A DNA stretch of 64,000 bases from Tubulanus polymorphus (Eukaryota > Animalia > Nemertea): NCBI RefSeq assembly GCF_964204645.1, contig NC_134028.1:27028345-27092344 (forward strand). The letters are read 5' to 3'. This document shows, piece after piece, positions 13,101 through 24,245 of this stretch. The position numbers were made by a program, and so were the translations under genes. Each line of letters starts with the position of its first letter. Position 1 is the stretch's first letter. The notes beneath the pieces were generated by a model. That model did no database searches. It saw only the letters and a list, made by a program, of their open reading frames with translations, and was not told the origin of the DNA.

Positions 13101-16100
13101 TATCTATATTGTCAGCTACTAGTTCACCAATTCCATCTTGTAATTTATTCACCTGTCGCGATAAACAAACTCGACCTTAATATAACTGTACGTCACATCA
13201 TCATCACACGTCAAACATATACATGTATATTGATGATCTATAGAAAATGATAGATCCTGACACACGTGAGCTGTGAAACAAACTTCAAACAAACAAAAAA
13301 AGTAATGATTGCAATAGAAACCTGTAAAGGGTTTAATATGTGTGTTTCATGTGGCACACATTGAGCCCTACCTCACCCCAACCAAAACACTCGCAACCCA
13401 CCACACCCCTACCCCACATTAAACACAACCCAATCAAAGAAAATATCCACAGAAGAAAACCTAAGAGAGTATCGATGTTTCACTCAATATTCTCAAAACG
13501 TCTCTAACATTTCCTTCATAATTGTGGAGTTTTCTTCGATCAAATCATAAACAGTTACTCGCTTGTGGAAACCAACTGACAATGCACCCTAGAAACTGCT
13601 ACACCAGAATCATAGTGCACAATGTACACATCACACACAGATACAGAACCCAGTTCTAACAAACATTGTTTTATCCTGAACCCGCTGAGAGCCATTCAGG
13701 GCATAATTAGTGGGTTCGATATTTCATTTCACAGTTAAGGGGCGTGAGACAAGAGAAGAACCATCGACCAAGAAACTTCCCCACCAGGATTTGAATCCTG
13801 GATTGACGAGATCAGTGAACTGATGGCTTAAACCACTCGGCCACTTAACACTTCTCCAAAATAAACATCAATCGGTGTTTGTGTAGAACTGAGTCCTGTA
13901 TGAAATATACTTGTTGTTTTAGATGTTCAAGCACTGATTCAGTTGGTTGTGAGTCTATGATGAACGTTCGATCGTCGCTGTCCTATTAGAAACAGGGATT
14001 ATAATTATATTCATCACATCCACCCGAAATATAATTCACATTCTTAATGACGAGGAAAACAGCTTTAATTACTGCATCAGGGGCTGATCTAGAGGGTGGT
14101 TTAGGATGTCAGGACCTAATACACAGTGCATGTTATTATTATCATTATTGATATGAATACACTATTTGAATGAGTGATGTTTAATATAGAACTTACCCGC
14201 ACAGCTAGAGCATCCACTTTAGCATTAACCCCTCCGATAGCTTCCTGTAGTGTCCCCGTAGCAAGTGATAATTTATCCTGAAGATTATCAACTCTTTCTA
14301 CAATCTGTTTCTCGTGTTGCTTCCTGAAATATCACAAAATTAATTTTGAAAAATTGATTTTACACTTTGAACCAGCTGCAAGCTATGTTAGCAAACACCC
14401 AGTGTCCCCATCTCCCACTCCCTCTCCCTCTCCCTTGCTCTCCTCCCTCCCTCTCACTCGCTCTCCCTCTCACTCTCCCTCTCCCTGCTCTCGGCCCTCT
14501 CCCTCTCTCCATCTCCCTCTCCCTTGCTCTCCTCCCTCCCTCTCACTCACTCTCCTCACTCTCCCTCCCCCTGCTCTCCCTCTCCCTCCCTCTCTCTCAG
14601 TGTCACTCACCTGGACTGTATTTCAGCTGTTATTACACGATCGAGTTGTTTTTTAATCTCCTCTATTTGTTTCTCTAGAAGTCCGACTGATTCATCAAGA
14701 CGTTTTGAATTATCGTTACATTTATTTCGATCAGTCTGAAAGAGTGAAATAAATCAGTTTTACAATTGAGACTTAACATTCCTGGCAGCCCATAGTCCTC
14801 AAATAAACACTCATTGCCACAAAATGTTAGAACGCTGATGTTTGTGGGCTACGTATCCCTGTCACTGAGATACTTACTCTTAATGATTCTTTAATAATAA
14901 TCAACTCATCGTCTGCGATCTTTTTTAAAGACTCCCATCTGCGTTCATTCTCTTCGCGTAGCATTCTCTCGTAATCTAATCGTAATTTCTGTTCAGTGTG
15001 AACCAACTACAAATACATACAACATCTATCTATCATCAAACACAACTACAGTGGCAAGTGAGGATCCACCGAGTGGCGCTAGTGTGCAGTAGGAAGTCAA
15101 CTACTGCAGTGAGGGTTCCACCAGGTGGCGCTGTATAATGCAGAGCTCGGGCTCCACAGTTGCCCTTGAACTTGGACTCCAGATATGTATTTGTACTTCT
15201 AAAGGTAAGTTAAGTATAGATGCTGCTCCTCGCAGGGTTTAATGTGTAACCCAAACACTGGTTCAACGAGTTAGATGTACGTTTAACTTACTCTTTCAAC
15301 TTCTAAATATTTCTCTTGCGTTTCTTCCCTCAATTTGATCTCTTTCGATAGTATTTTCCTGCTGCATTCCTCGACTAATTCAGCGATACGATTGTGAAGT
15401 CGTAATCGTTCAGCCTCGGCCGCGTGTTCTTTCTCTCGTGCCATCGTATCGAGAGCGTGGATCGCTTCCTCTCGACGTCGGTTCTGTTCCGATATTGATA
15501 CTTGTAAATCATTCAATCTACACAAAATGCACAGAAATCATTCAAAAATCAAAATTCAAGGATTTTTATCTAAACTGGTTTTTGAGTTATTGCGGTAACT
15601 TGATTTGTATGAGGTACAGTTAAACTATACTCCTCCCGTCCGGGGGATATAATAACCACGAGTAACAGTTTGATACAGTATACCTCACCTACTCACACAA
15701 ACTAAGAATGGCGTGTAAGTCGGCTCCACATAAGAAAATGATTTCTTTTGCGTTAGCCTGCAGGGTTTAATGTATTTGAATTTCGAGGGTTTAGTGTATT
15801 AATACCTGGCTTGTATGGTTTGTTCATTAAGTCTGCGATCAGAAGTTTCACTGTCCTGTCTGTTACGCAATTCCAGTAAAACATCTCTCAGTTCTGAGAG
15901 TCTGAAAATTAAAATTCACACATCTCGAATCAAGGCTATGCATTCACATGTTTAATACTCATGTATATAATGTTTATCTATGAAATCTTGCGAATCATTG
16001 CAATGCGATCATCCCCAGGGATGGAGATAATCGCAAGGTCAATCTACGGCGCGCGACTTCAGTTTGAAATTCTACTCGTAACATAGTTAAATCAACGGTT

Positions 16101-19100
16101 AATTCTTACCGAACTTCCACTTGTGAACGTAATCCATGAGTCGTTAATTCTGCCTGATTTTGTGTTTCATTATTCTTGCGAACTGATTGCAACTAAAAAT
16201 AAACCAGGTCGAAATAAGAACAATTAGAATTTGCTGATTTTTTTATCATGACGTGAGGGATAAAAATATAATTCATGAAATTCATAGCTGTCAAAATCGT
16301 GTGGTCGTAACGTCTGTAGGAATCATTTTACATCATCTACTAAGTGCATTCGTTCATCACCAGATTTTCAGTTACTACTTTGGGGCAAATGGAAATTTGA
16401 TGTAATGAATGAATCTATCTATTAGTTCAATAATGAAACTCATTCAAACGAATAATTCGCATGTAATTGCAAACACGCACAAAACAGGCTTCAATATCTG
16501 GTTTTATAGATGACATTCATTCATTATAAATGTAATAGATTGAACCGGTCATACAATAGGAAACTATATCGACGGTACAAAAAAAGACTAAAAACGAGTT
16601 CTCTCAGATCTGTTTAAAATTGTTTCATGCAATAGAAATAATGACGTGTCTAAAAGAAGCGGGTTTGGGATATAGCGAGGTATATACAAAATAAAAACCC
16701 TTCACTGATATAAAAACAATATTTCATATAAACAAGAAGAAATAGTTATTCGTCACTACGAGTAGGGGGAGCGTAAGGGGAGCGTAAGGGGAGCGTAAGG
16801 GGAGCGTAAGGGGAGCGTAAGGGGAGCGGTAGCAATGTATAAGAATAAAGCAGGGGCTTCGCTGATCCAAGCATAGTTTGAGAATTTTACAGGGAATTAG
16901 TTTTTTAAGCGATTAGGGTTCAGAAATAAGCCTTAAAACCCTCATCCAAATCTACACTGAATGTGTCCGAATATATAGAAAACTTAACTAACACCATTGA
17001 CTGCATTTAGACTCGAGATTGTTTCAGTCTATCCCAGCTACACCGTGAAATATCAATCAAATCATGACCTAGTTCCACAGTTCTGAGTAAGCTTTAAAAC
17101 TCTGAGGTAAAATCAGTTTGTTTTCTATGTTTCCACATCAAGAGTCAAATTTCAACCCAGAAGTGTGAAACTGGCTCTGGAGGCGTGTGTTGGGATAGAC
17201 TGAGATTCAACCCTAGCACAATCCATGCAATACTTACCAGCTAAACACAAGAGAATAGATAGAAATAACAAAATATTTTTATTTTCTTATTTTATTGAGC
17301 TGCAAAATGTCGAGTCGTTCATGGATGAAGAAAAAGGCGTTTTGTTTGAGGTCCTGGTTTCTCCTGCGCTGACCTTACCTGCAGCTAGCTCAGCTCAGGA
17401 GGTCCTGTTTCAGCTGGACCTGACCTTACCTGCAGCTAGCTCAGCTCAGGAGGTCCTGTTTCAGCTGGACCTGACCTTACCTGCGGCTAGCTCAGCTCAG
17501 GAGGTCCTGTTTCAGCTGGACCTGACCTTACCTGCGGCTAGCTCAGCTCAGGAGGTCCTGTTTCAGCTGGACCTGACCTTACCTGCAGCTAGCTCAGCAC
17601 AGGAGGTTACCCGCAGCTAGCTCAGCTCAGGAGGTCCTGTTTCAGCTGGACCTGACCTTACCTGCGGCTAGCTCAGCTCAGGAGGTCCTGTTTCAGCTGG
17701 ACCTGACCTTACCCGCAACTAGCTCAGCTCAGGAGGTCCTGTTTCAGCTGGACCTGACCTTACCTGCGGCTAGCTCAGCTCAGGAGGTCCTGTTTCAGCT
17801 GGACCTGACCTTACCCGCAGCTAGCTCAGCTCAGGAGATCCTGTTTCAGCTGGACCTGACCTTACCTGCGGCTAGCTCAGGACAAGAGAAACTTTGAGCG
17901 AGCTATGCTGTGCTCTCTGTGTTGGAATCACTAGGTTATTTTGAACTATATTGCGCAGGAGTTTGTTTACAGAGGGAAAGGATTCTTAGTTCATTGAAAG
18001 CAGCAAGGTCCAGTTTCACAAATAAGTTTAAAATCTCAAAATTGATTTATTTCTTCTTTAATTCAAGTCGATTTAGGCGCAAGTCAGTCCTTGTTGTGGA
18101 ATTGCCAGGGGTGGGAAATGGAATTGGTATTAATTGAACAGTTAGTAAGAGAATGTTTACCGTTTGTCTTTGAGCCTCTTCCAGTGATTTATTACGTAGT
18201 TTCAACTCGTTAGCGATACTAGCAAAATCTAATTGTTGATTTTCTGTTTTTGCTTTCAACATTCGAACGTCTTCGATCAGCTGATAACACAATCGTTCCA
18301 GTTGTGATTTACCTCTCATCGCTTCATCCACTTCATTCTTCAGTTCTTGAATTCTGAGATAGAATTTCAGAAAACAATCTACATTAAACTATAGCCAGGA
18401 TCAATCATCACATGTGGATTATGTGACTCTGGTTAAATTAGCCCGGACCGGTTTGACGCTATGTTTAATTAGAGTCACATAAATCAATGCAAATCATTGA
18501 ATTAATTGATCTACAGGTTGACTATTAACAACTTTTTGAGTCAGAGACAAGAGGTTAAGGGGGAGGGCACGTGGAGAGAGGGATAGGGAGAGAAGAAAGG
18601 AAGAGAGGGGAGAGAAGAGAGAAGCTGATTAGAAATGGGAGAACAGAGAGTGCAGAAGAGGATAGAGGAACCGATGAGGGGAAGGGAGAGAAGAGGAGTG
18701 GAGAGGGGGAGTGGAGAGGGGGAGGGGAGAGGGGGGAGTGGAGATATTTTACGTACCTCGTATTCTGTAGATCTCGTTTTGACAGTAAATCCTGTTGTCC
18801 ACCGAGAACGTTCTGTTCGATAGTTTTACTCTGATTTAACAGATCACCAATGAGTGTTCGTTCCTGAGCTCCTCGTTCCTCAACGCGTTGAAGCCTCATC
18901 GCTAGTTGATTATACAGATCACTGCCGCCACGTACAGAGTTCTCTAACTGCTGCCGTGAGTTCCTCTCTTCCCTCGCGAGGTCCTCATTTCGACGGATCA
19001 CATTTTTGAGTTCACTCTGAAGTCTGACGACCTCCTCTAGTAACGCTCGGTTTGATTTCTCAGTAACGGCGAGACGTGTGTCTAACTGTCTGATTCTGTC

Positions 19101-22100
19101 GGCTGCCTCGAGACCCTCGAGGGCAGCGACTTTGTTGTAAGGCACCAGTTGAGTTTCATTGTTAGTTAACGACGATCGACCGTGAATTCCGGGAAGCGTG
19201 CTGAATTTCGACGGAAATTGTTGATTATTCGAAAGCCTGAAAAAAACAGAAAATGTATTTAAGACGAAGCGACTTTCAAAACTTCAACGGCAAACATCGA
19301 TTGGTCACACCTACATACACCCCCTTTCATCCATCCTCCTCTCGACAGGGATTTGAAACTGATGGAATCACTATACTCAGCCACGGTATGAAACCCCGCC
19401 ACAATAGACCCGGTGGGCAGGTAAACACACAGCTTTAGATGATGTCAATATTATCCAATCAGATATCTCCTCTTTAGCCTGGGTTTTTCCATGATATTTT
19501 CCTCAGGGATTAAAAAGCGAGCGATCTGATTGGTGCAGCACCAGGTCTAGTGCGGCAGGGTTTCGTACCACAGCTGAGTCTAGCGATACAATCAGGTTTC
19601 AATCCCTGTCGAGAAAGGATTTCATCGGGAAAAAACCTTTTCCAGAATTTCTACAAAATCATGGCTCCATTTTTTCTGATTTCGACAAAACTCAGAAACT
19701 TCGCCTTTTGACATGAAGTGCCTTTACATATAAACATTAGAGACACTCGAAATATTGAGGGTCTCACAAAATTCTCATCCTGGATTCGCCCCAGGCACTC
19801 GATATATACACATCTATAACGTTTGGACTCTTGAAATGATATTTCTGCGAATATAAATCCGTAAAATCGGCGGAAACAAATTGTAATAATACTTCAATTC
19901 TAACAGAATCGCGTGAATTATTGATAAACTTCTACCTCTACACGTTAACAGGATTTATAAAACCACTTCAGTTTCACTGCAGGGAAAAAAATAGAAAATA
20001 TTATCGTAAAACGCGCTGCGCATGATCTCTATCCCGCTGCAGTCTGTACTCGTGATTGTTGCTATAGTTACACATGATGCTCGATGAAAGCAAGTCACGT
20101 TATTGTTTCCGAGTGTAATAAAAAATTCAAAAACACACGGACCACTCTTTGAGAATGGACCGACTGCGTTAAGGGGTGCGTCTGTACAGCTCTCTCCGAG
20201 TGGTGGTCCGGACCACTTCGTCCGGACCACTATGTACGGGGTAAGTCCGAACCACAGTCTGGACCATTCAGAGGATGAACCTGGTTCAATCTGAGGTTAA
20301 GCCAAGTCACTGAGAGTGAGCCTGGCCCGGTGTAAGTCTGAACCACCAAGAGCCAGTGTGTGGAGCAGTGTGTGGACCACTTGAAGGCTGGAGATTATAG
20401 ACAATACGTGTTACCAGTACCTCTAAACCCATATATCATCAGTTTCACCAAATTCAGTTCTAAATAAACCCTCCTTAAAGCCAAACGCACACAATGCAGA
20501 CAGAATCAAACATGTTTCATCTTGTTTCATTTTTGTTTCTTAAAACATATTTCTAGTGCCGTGGTGCGTCCGGCATCAACTCAAATATTCTAATTTGAAA
20601 ATTAAATGTAAGTTTAATTATTACAGTTCACTGTATCAATAAATATAGTTATTTCCCGAAATGAAAATACCAAAAAATATGACCTACCGAACTTGTGTTG
20701 GTTTCAAATCATATCTGGCAAAAGGGTTCGACATGTAACATGTATTTCCATTGATAAAGAGTAGGTAACTATTTAATCAGTAGCAGCAGTAACTGATGAC
20801 TGAGAGGAAACATTCACACCTCACCGTGCCGTACATTACCCCACATATATCCTTGTTCCGACTGTTCAAACGTTTCAAACTGATACGTTTTAACGACTTG
20901 AAAATTATCGAGTGGTTGAATAATTGAAATCGACATACATACTTCAATATAGCGTCTAACTCGCCTATAACGATATCGCCTAAACCTTATCATAGGCCTA
21001 CGTATAACTTGCCGAATATAACAATTTCTAATCTATGGCAATTTCTTGAATGGGTATTTTGATTATCTCCTGAAGATTGAAATACAGCCCAGATAGGAAA
21101 CTAAACTGCAGGACCCAGTTAGTTAAGATTTGACCCTGAGTTAAAACATTGAAAATGAACTAACTTTTACTCAGAGTTAACTCTAACTCACAACTGTTGA
21201 ACTGGATCCAGACTGGTAACTGACTAAACCATAGTCCGGTTAGTGACTAAACCACAGTCCAGTTACTGACTAAATTGTAGTCTGGTTACTATTAGAACCA
21301 GTCAGCTTATAGACACAAAACCTAGTCTGCTTATAGACTATACCTCCAGTCTGGTTACTGACTAAACCACAGTCCAGTTACTGACTAAACCATAGTCCAG
21401 TTACTGACTAAACCACAGTCCAGTTACTGACTAAACCACAGTCCAGTTACTGACTAAACTGATGGCTCTGTAAACAGCTGTATATAGGAAATACTTACAC
21501 ATCAGCTGGAACTGTTTTATCAACACGATGACTGTATGGATATTTCGTTGTAGCCATAATATCGACAATTGAAGAACTGTCCATATTCCATCATAAACAA
21601 CGCAGCTTCCAGTTCGGTTCCTTAGATTATTAATATCTATTTGAAACTGAAACACTGTGCCGCTGATAACGCGTTCACGACATTGCCTTACAGATCCTGG
21701 ATACACGTTGAATAACGGTGGATACACGCGTGCGCTGCTGGTATCGATACACACAGCGCGCAGTCACTGACACTAGTCAATTACACCTTCAATATGACAC
21801 TGACTTATTATCAATTTCCTCTAACTTTTTATGCCTTGATCCGATAACAAATTTCAAAACCCGCTATGTACAGAATTTACAGATTTTGAAAGATTAAAGA
21901 TGAATTTTATTTATCAAGAATTAAGATCAGGTGAACATTTTCAATGTGTTAAATTCTGTGGGTTTTAAACTGATTATCAGAGAGTTTACCGGGTAAACAC
22001 ATCCTATCGTGAATTCTTATACATGAAATGATATTATCACACTTAGTATTACAGCTATCTCTCTGTCTCTCTCTGTCTCTTCACAAGTGAAATAGTTACT

Positions 22101-23160
22101 TATTGATAAACCTCGCGGAGACCACTCAATAATAATAAGTGCTATGTAGAAACGTCCTTTTACAAATAATAGTCGTGGAATCGACATCAGAACAAAGTAA
22201 ATAATAATTCATGAGAGAATTTCACATACCGCGCCACGTATATATATGGTATAGGGGGTAATTCATAAGAATAACAACGTTCTTCATTAAAATAAATATC
22301 ACAGTTTAAAACTCATGATCTCAGAACTCATCAAATCGGTATTTCTGGAGATAGAATAGTAAGAAAATACTGAAAATCAGGAACATCATTGGCAGTTGCG
22401 AATTTGTAACAATTCCTATACAAAGATGTAAAACCTTGGCCTGCGAATAACCTGCAGTAGATTATGATTTAATTTCCGGTTTCCATGGATAAAAAGAAAG
22501 TGTTACCGGTGTAATATTATTACCAGCAGTCTTCATGTTCCGTGAATTATTCATAAATCAAGTCAAATTCATGACAGATTTTTTGTTTATAACACGCAAT
22601 ACTATAATAATGAAGTTCTAACAAAACCATAGCAACTATCTCTCTCTCTCTCTCTCCCTCTCTCTCTCCCTCCCTCTCTCTCTCTCTCTCTCTCCCTCTA
22701 TCTCTCTCTCCCTCCTCCCCCTCCCCTCCCCTCCTCTCCCTCGCCCTCGCCCTCTCCCTCTCCCTCTTTCTCCGTATCCCGTGGTACAATTATCCAATTA
22801 CATTCATAATGAAATCATCATATTTTTTATCGATCTCGAATATTTTTTTTAATGACTCGATGTTACTCTAGAACTCTACACGCTATTGACGGTACGTCGT
22901 TACCGTAGAAACAAAGACAACAAAAACAACTGTCGGTAATGATGAGTCAATCAAAACTGGAAACTTTCAAAACTGGAAACGGTTATCCCCCAGTTGAACA
23001 GTTATCTCTCTGAGTTGATCAAATCCAAATTGAAAAGTGAAAATTCAAATTGATTTTAAACTTACTTGACCAAATAATACTGGCCATCTTTATCCATAGC
23101 CTTAGCAGTTGATGAATCCAGGCTGAAAGTTAAACCATTTTTGTTCTTTCTCGGATCCAT
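1136..23160 (-). CDS. CCDC154: CCDC154-like coiled-coil protein, multi-exon
   Basis: Phase-consistent exons in transcript order: 23066-23160 (MDPRKNK..), 18757-19236, 18161-18353, 16110-16192, 15806-15901, 15292-15517, 14878-15006, 14611-14735, 14197-14323, 13911-13982, 13075-13152, 8890-12504, 8746-8787, 8015-8155, 7892-7921, 6990-7109, 6236-6312, 5926-6013, 4551-4637, 2384-2565, 1136-1349. About 894 aa without and about 2099 aa with the giant exon. Heptad-rich; IRKLAESIQTVKTVLGMKIQSEQKL and VNKWSLYTVTRWLVWKSRL resemble the vertebrate CCDC154 C-terminus as recalled. The small exons are less certain. Confidence 0.75.
1700..1817. mobile_element. Short MITE-like element with AGTTCCACAG...CTGTGGAACT termini
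   Basis: Inverted termini; related copies at about 7324-7410, 17069-17175 and 21113-21210. Confidence 0.55.
3444..3585. repeat. 32-bp minisatellite, about 4.3 copies
   Basis: Unit GGGAAGGATTGACTGTGCAGCTGATGAGAGAA repeated head to tail. Confidence 0.9.
3633..4007 (-). CDS. Alternative terminal coding exon of the CCDC154-like gene
   Basis: Acceptor ccccgtttag|AAAAAGGAT, phase 0 matching exon 4551-4637; reads KKDEINTIRDQIKELRISIDDVEKDL... to SSAQ-stop; acidic tail with a 30-bp duplication (PMSDRASQTE x2). Confidence 0.6.
   Translation of the reverse strand, partial: KKDEINTIRDQIKELRISIDDVEKDLDDNRKAEENPKIDEDNEQPSDKQPPMSDRASQTEPMSDRASQTEPINNSKTDENTAADKDKKPDENAAGNENKKPDDNTGNSNPEQKPSENKDSSSAQ
6476..6795 (-). 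mobile_element. tRNA-derived CORE-type SINE
   Basis: Minus strand: A box TGGCCGAGCGG, B box GGTTCGAACTC, CORE-like GTGTCCTCGGGCAAGACACTT, ACCCAGGATTAAATGGGTACC, and an L2-like tail GCGCTATATAAATGTCAA(TTA)n. Confidence 0.85.
8890..12504 (-). CDS. Giant 3,615-nt phase 0-0 exon of the CCDC154-like gene (1,205 aa, S/T/P-rich)
   Basis: Acceptor ttttttcatacag|GTAACA at 12504 is in frame with the 1188-aa ORF; donor CTG|gtaatc at 8890; no internal stop. Confidence 0.75.
9137..9640 (-). repeat. Coding 33-bp minisatellite, about 15 copies (GGPPCAEQGGR)
   Basis: Identical units AGGTCCTCCTCTACCTCCCTGTTCAGCACAAGG on the + strand inside the giant exon. Confidence 0.95.
9982..10076 (-). repeat. Coding 27-bp repeat (NTGGAELLH, 3-4 copies)
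   Basis: CCTCCAGTGTTGTGTAGGAGTTCAGCT repeated. Confidence 0.85.
13665..13857 (-). mobile_element. tRNA-derived SINE of a second family
   Basis: Minus strand A box TGGCCGAGTGG and B-box-like GGATTCAAATCC followed by a non-tRNA body; 3' boundary approximate. Confidence 0.6.
14408..14598. repeat. CT-rich low-complexity tract
   Basis: Nearly pure pyrimidine run; similar tracts at about 18575-18743 (GA) and 22639-22770 (CT). Confidence 0.9.
15066..15133 (+). promoter_or_regulatory. Two tandem CTCF-like motifs
   Basis: CCACCGAGTGGCGCTA (15066) and CCACCAGGTGGCGCTG (15118) match the bilaterian CTCF core; motif match only. Confidence 0.4.
16766..16829 (+). repeat. 11-bp repeat GGGGAGCGTAA, about 5.6 copies
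   Basis: Six GGGG runs separated by 7-nt loops. Confidence 0.9.
17369..17881. repeat. 51-bp minisatellite, about 10 copies
   Basis: Unit CTGACCTTACCTGCAGCTAGCTCAGCTCAGGAGGTCCTGTTTCAGCTGGAC with one internal deletion near 17600. Confidence 0.95.
19333..19620. mobile_element. MITE with about 80-bp imperfect terminal inverted repeats
   Basis: 19333-19415 (CTCGACAGGGATTTGAAACTGAT...) is the inverted copy of 19540-19620 (...ATCAGGTTTCAATCCCTGTCGAG); another arm copy lies at about 2197-2285. Confidence 0.75.
20688..20734 (-). CDS. Candidate alternative first coding exon of the CCDC154-like gene (MSNPFARYDLKPTQVR)
   Basis: ATG at 20734, donor CG|gtaggt, phase 2, joins exon 19236 in frame. Confidence 0.5.
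21211..21459. repeat. 23-bp minisatellite, degenerate at the 5' end
   Basis: GTTACTGACTAAACCACAGTCCA tandem units. Confidence 0.85.
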
Positions 23161-24039
23161 TTTGAAAATATCTTGTTAATAGTTTAACATCGAAGAAAAC
23201 AGACACATTTTATCCGAGATATTAGACTGTTGTAATCCGAAAATAAACTGTTCAAGTTTTAAAAAATATGATCCTAAAACATCCTGAATTTCAAAATAAT
23301 TCTTATCATTTCAGGAATGACTTCCACAATAACGTCGTCTGCCTATATCAATATCACGGCTTAAGTCAGTTTTGTCTAAAAATAAAATCTGAATGCTTCG
23401 AAATTAAATTTAGGCAAAAGCTATCGAAATCTAAGTTTCTTGAAATGAATTCAACCAATTTTTCACAAGTAATCAATCACTGAAAGTACAATGAATTCTA
23501 GAAAGTCTAAATAATCCCATAGAATCCTAATCAATTACTATTCCATTCTAGAGTTGAAAAAAACCTGTAGAAATTAAGCTTATCAAACTGAGCGAAAGAC
23601 AGAATTATGAGAAAAATGCAAATGGAAATTATCTGTCTAAATCTATCATAGAATCTGGACTCGCTTCTTTAGTTCTTGGTTAAATTTTACTCTCAAGTTA
23701 AATAAGGCCGGAGTTTATATACAATAAGTTCACCTCACAAACTGGTCTAGAAACTAACAAATCATTTCATGGCACTAATTGAAATGTATTTCATGCATCG
23801 AAGGTGCTGCCATAGATAAAATAACAAACGGGTGGGAAATATTCGGCAGTCATGGGAAAATTCATTATACGGCATTCTCTACTGATGAATGTGAATTCGA
23901 TGATTTACTGCGAGTCAAATAGTTGAAAATAAGCATTTCAAAATGAGTTCAAAAATATATTCAAAATTTAAAGAATTATTTCAGGCAATGAAGCTTCTGT
24001 TCTAAAATCTAAGAACCCAGGGTTAGTTGCACGGTCCCA

Positions 24040-24245
24040 GGGGCGGATCCAGGACGACTGATGAAACATGTACAAGTCCAGCAAACTTTTGGAGTGCACC
24101 CTTTTACATCAAGGTGCCCTTTCTGTATTTCCAAAAATGAGATTAGTTCTACCAATTAGTTTTGTTTTGGGATGCCCTTATAGCCCTCATGATATGCCTT
24201 ATTGCGGGAGGTGCACCATTCTCTGAATCAGACACTAGATCCGTC
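24040..24245. mobile_element. MITE-like element with GGGCGGATCCAG...CTAGATCCGTCC termini
   Basis: Inverted termini; related ends at about 29566-29810, 16852-16958, 31530-31708 and 37704-37968. Confidence 0.55.

Noticed and set aside
17225-17620. 131-aa repeat ORF
   Set aside because: Product of the 51-bp array, broken by the internal deletion.
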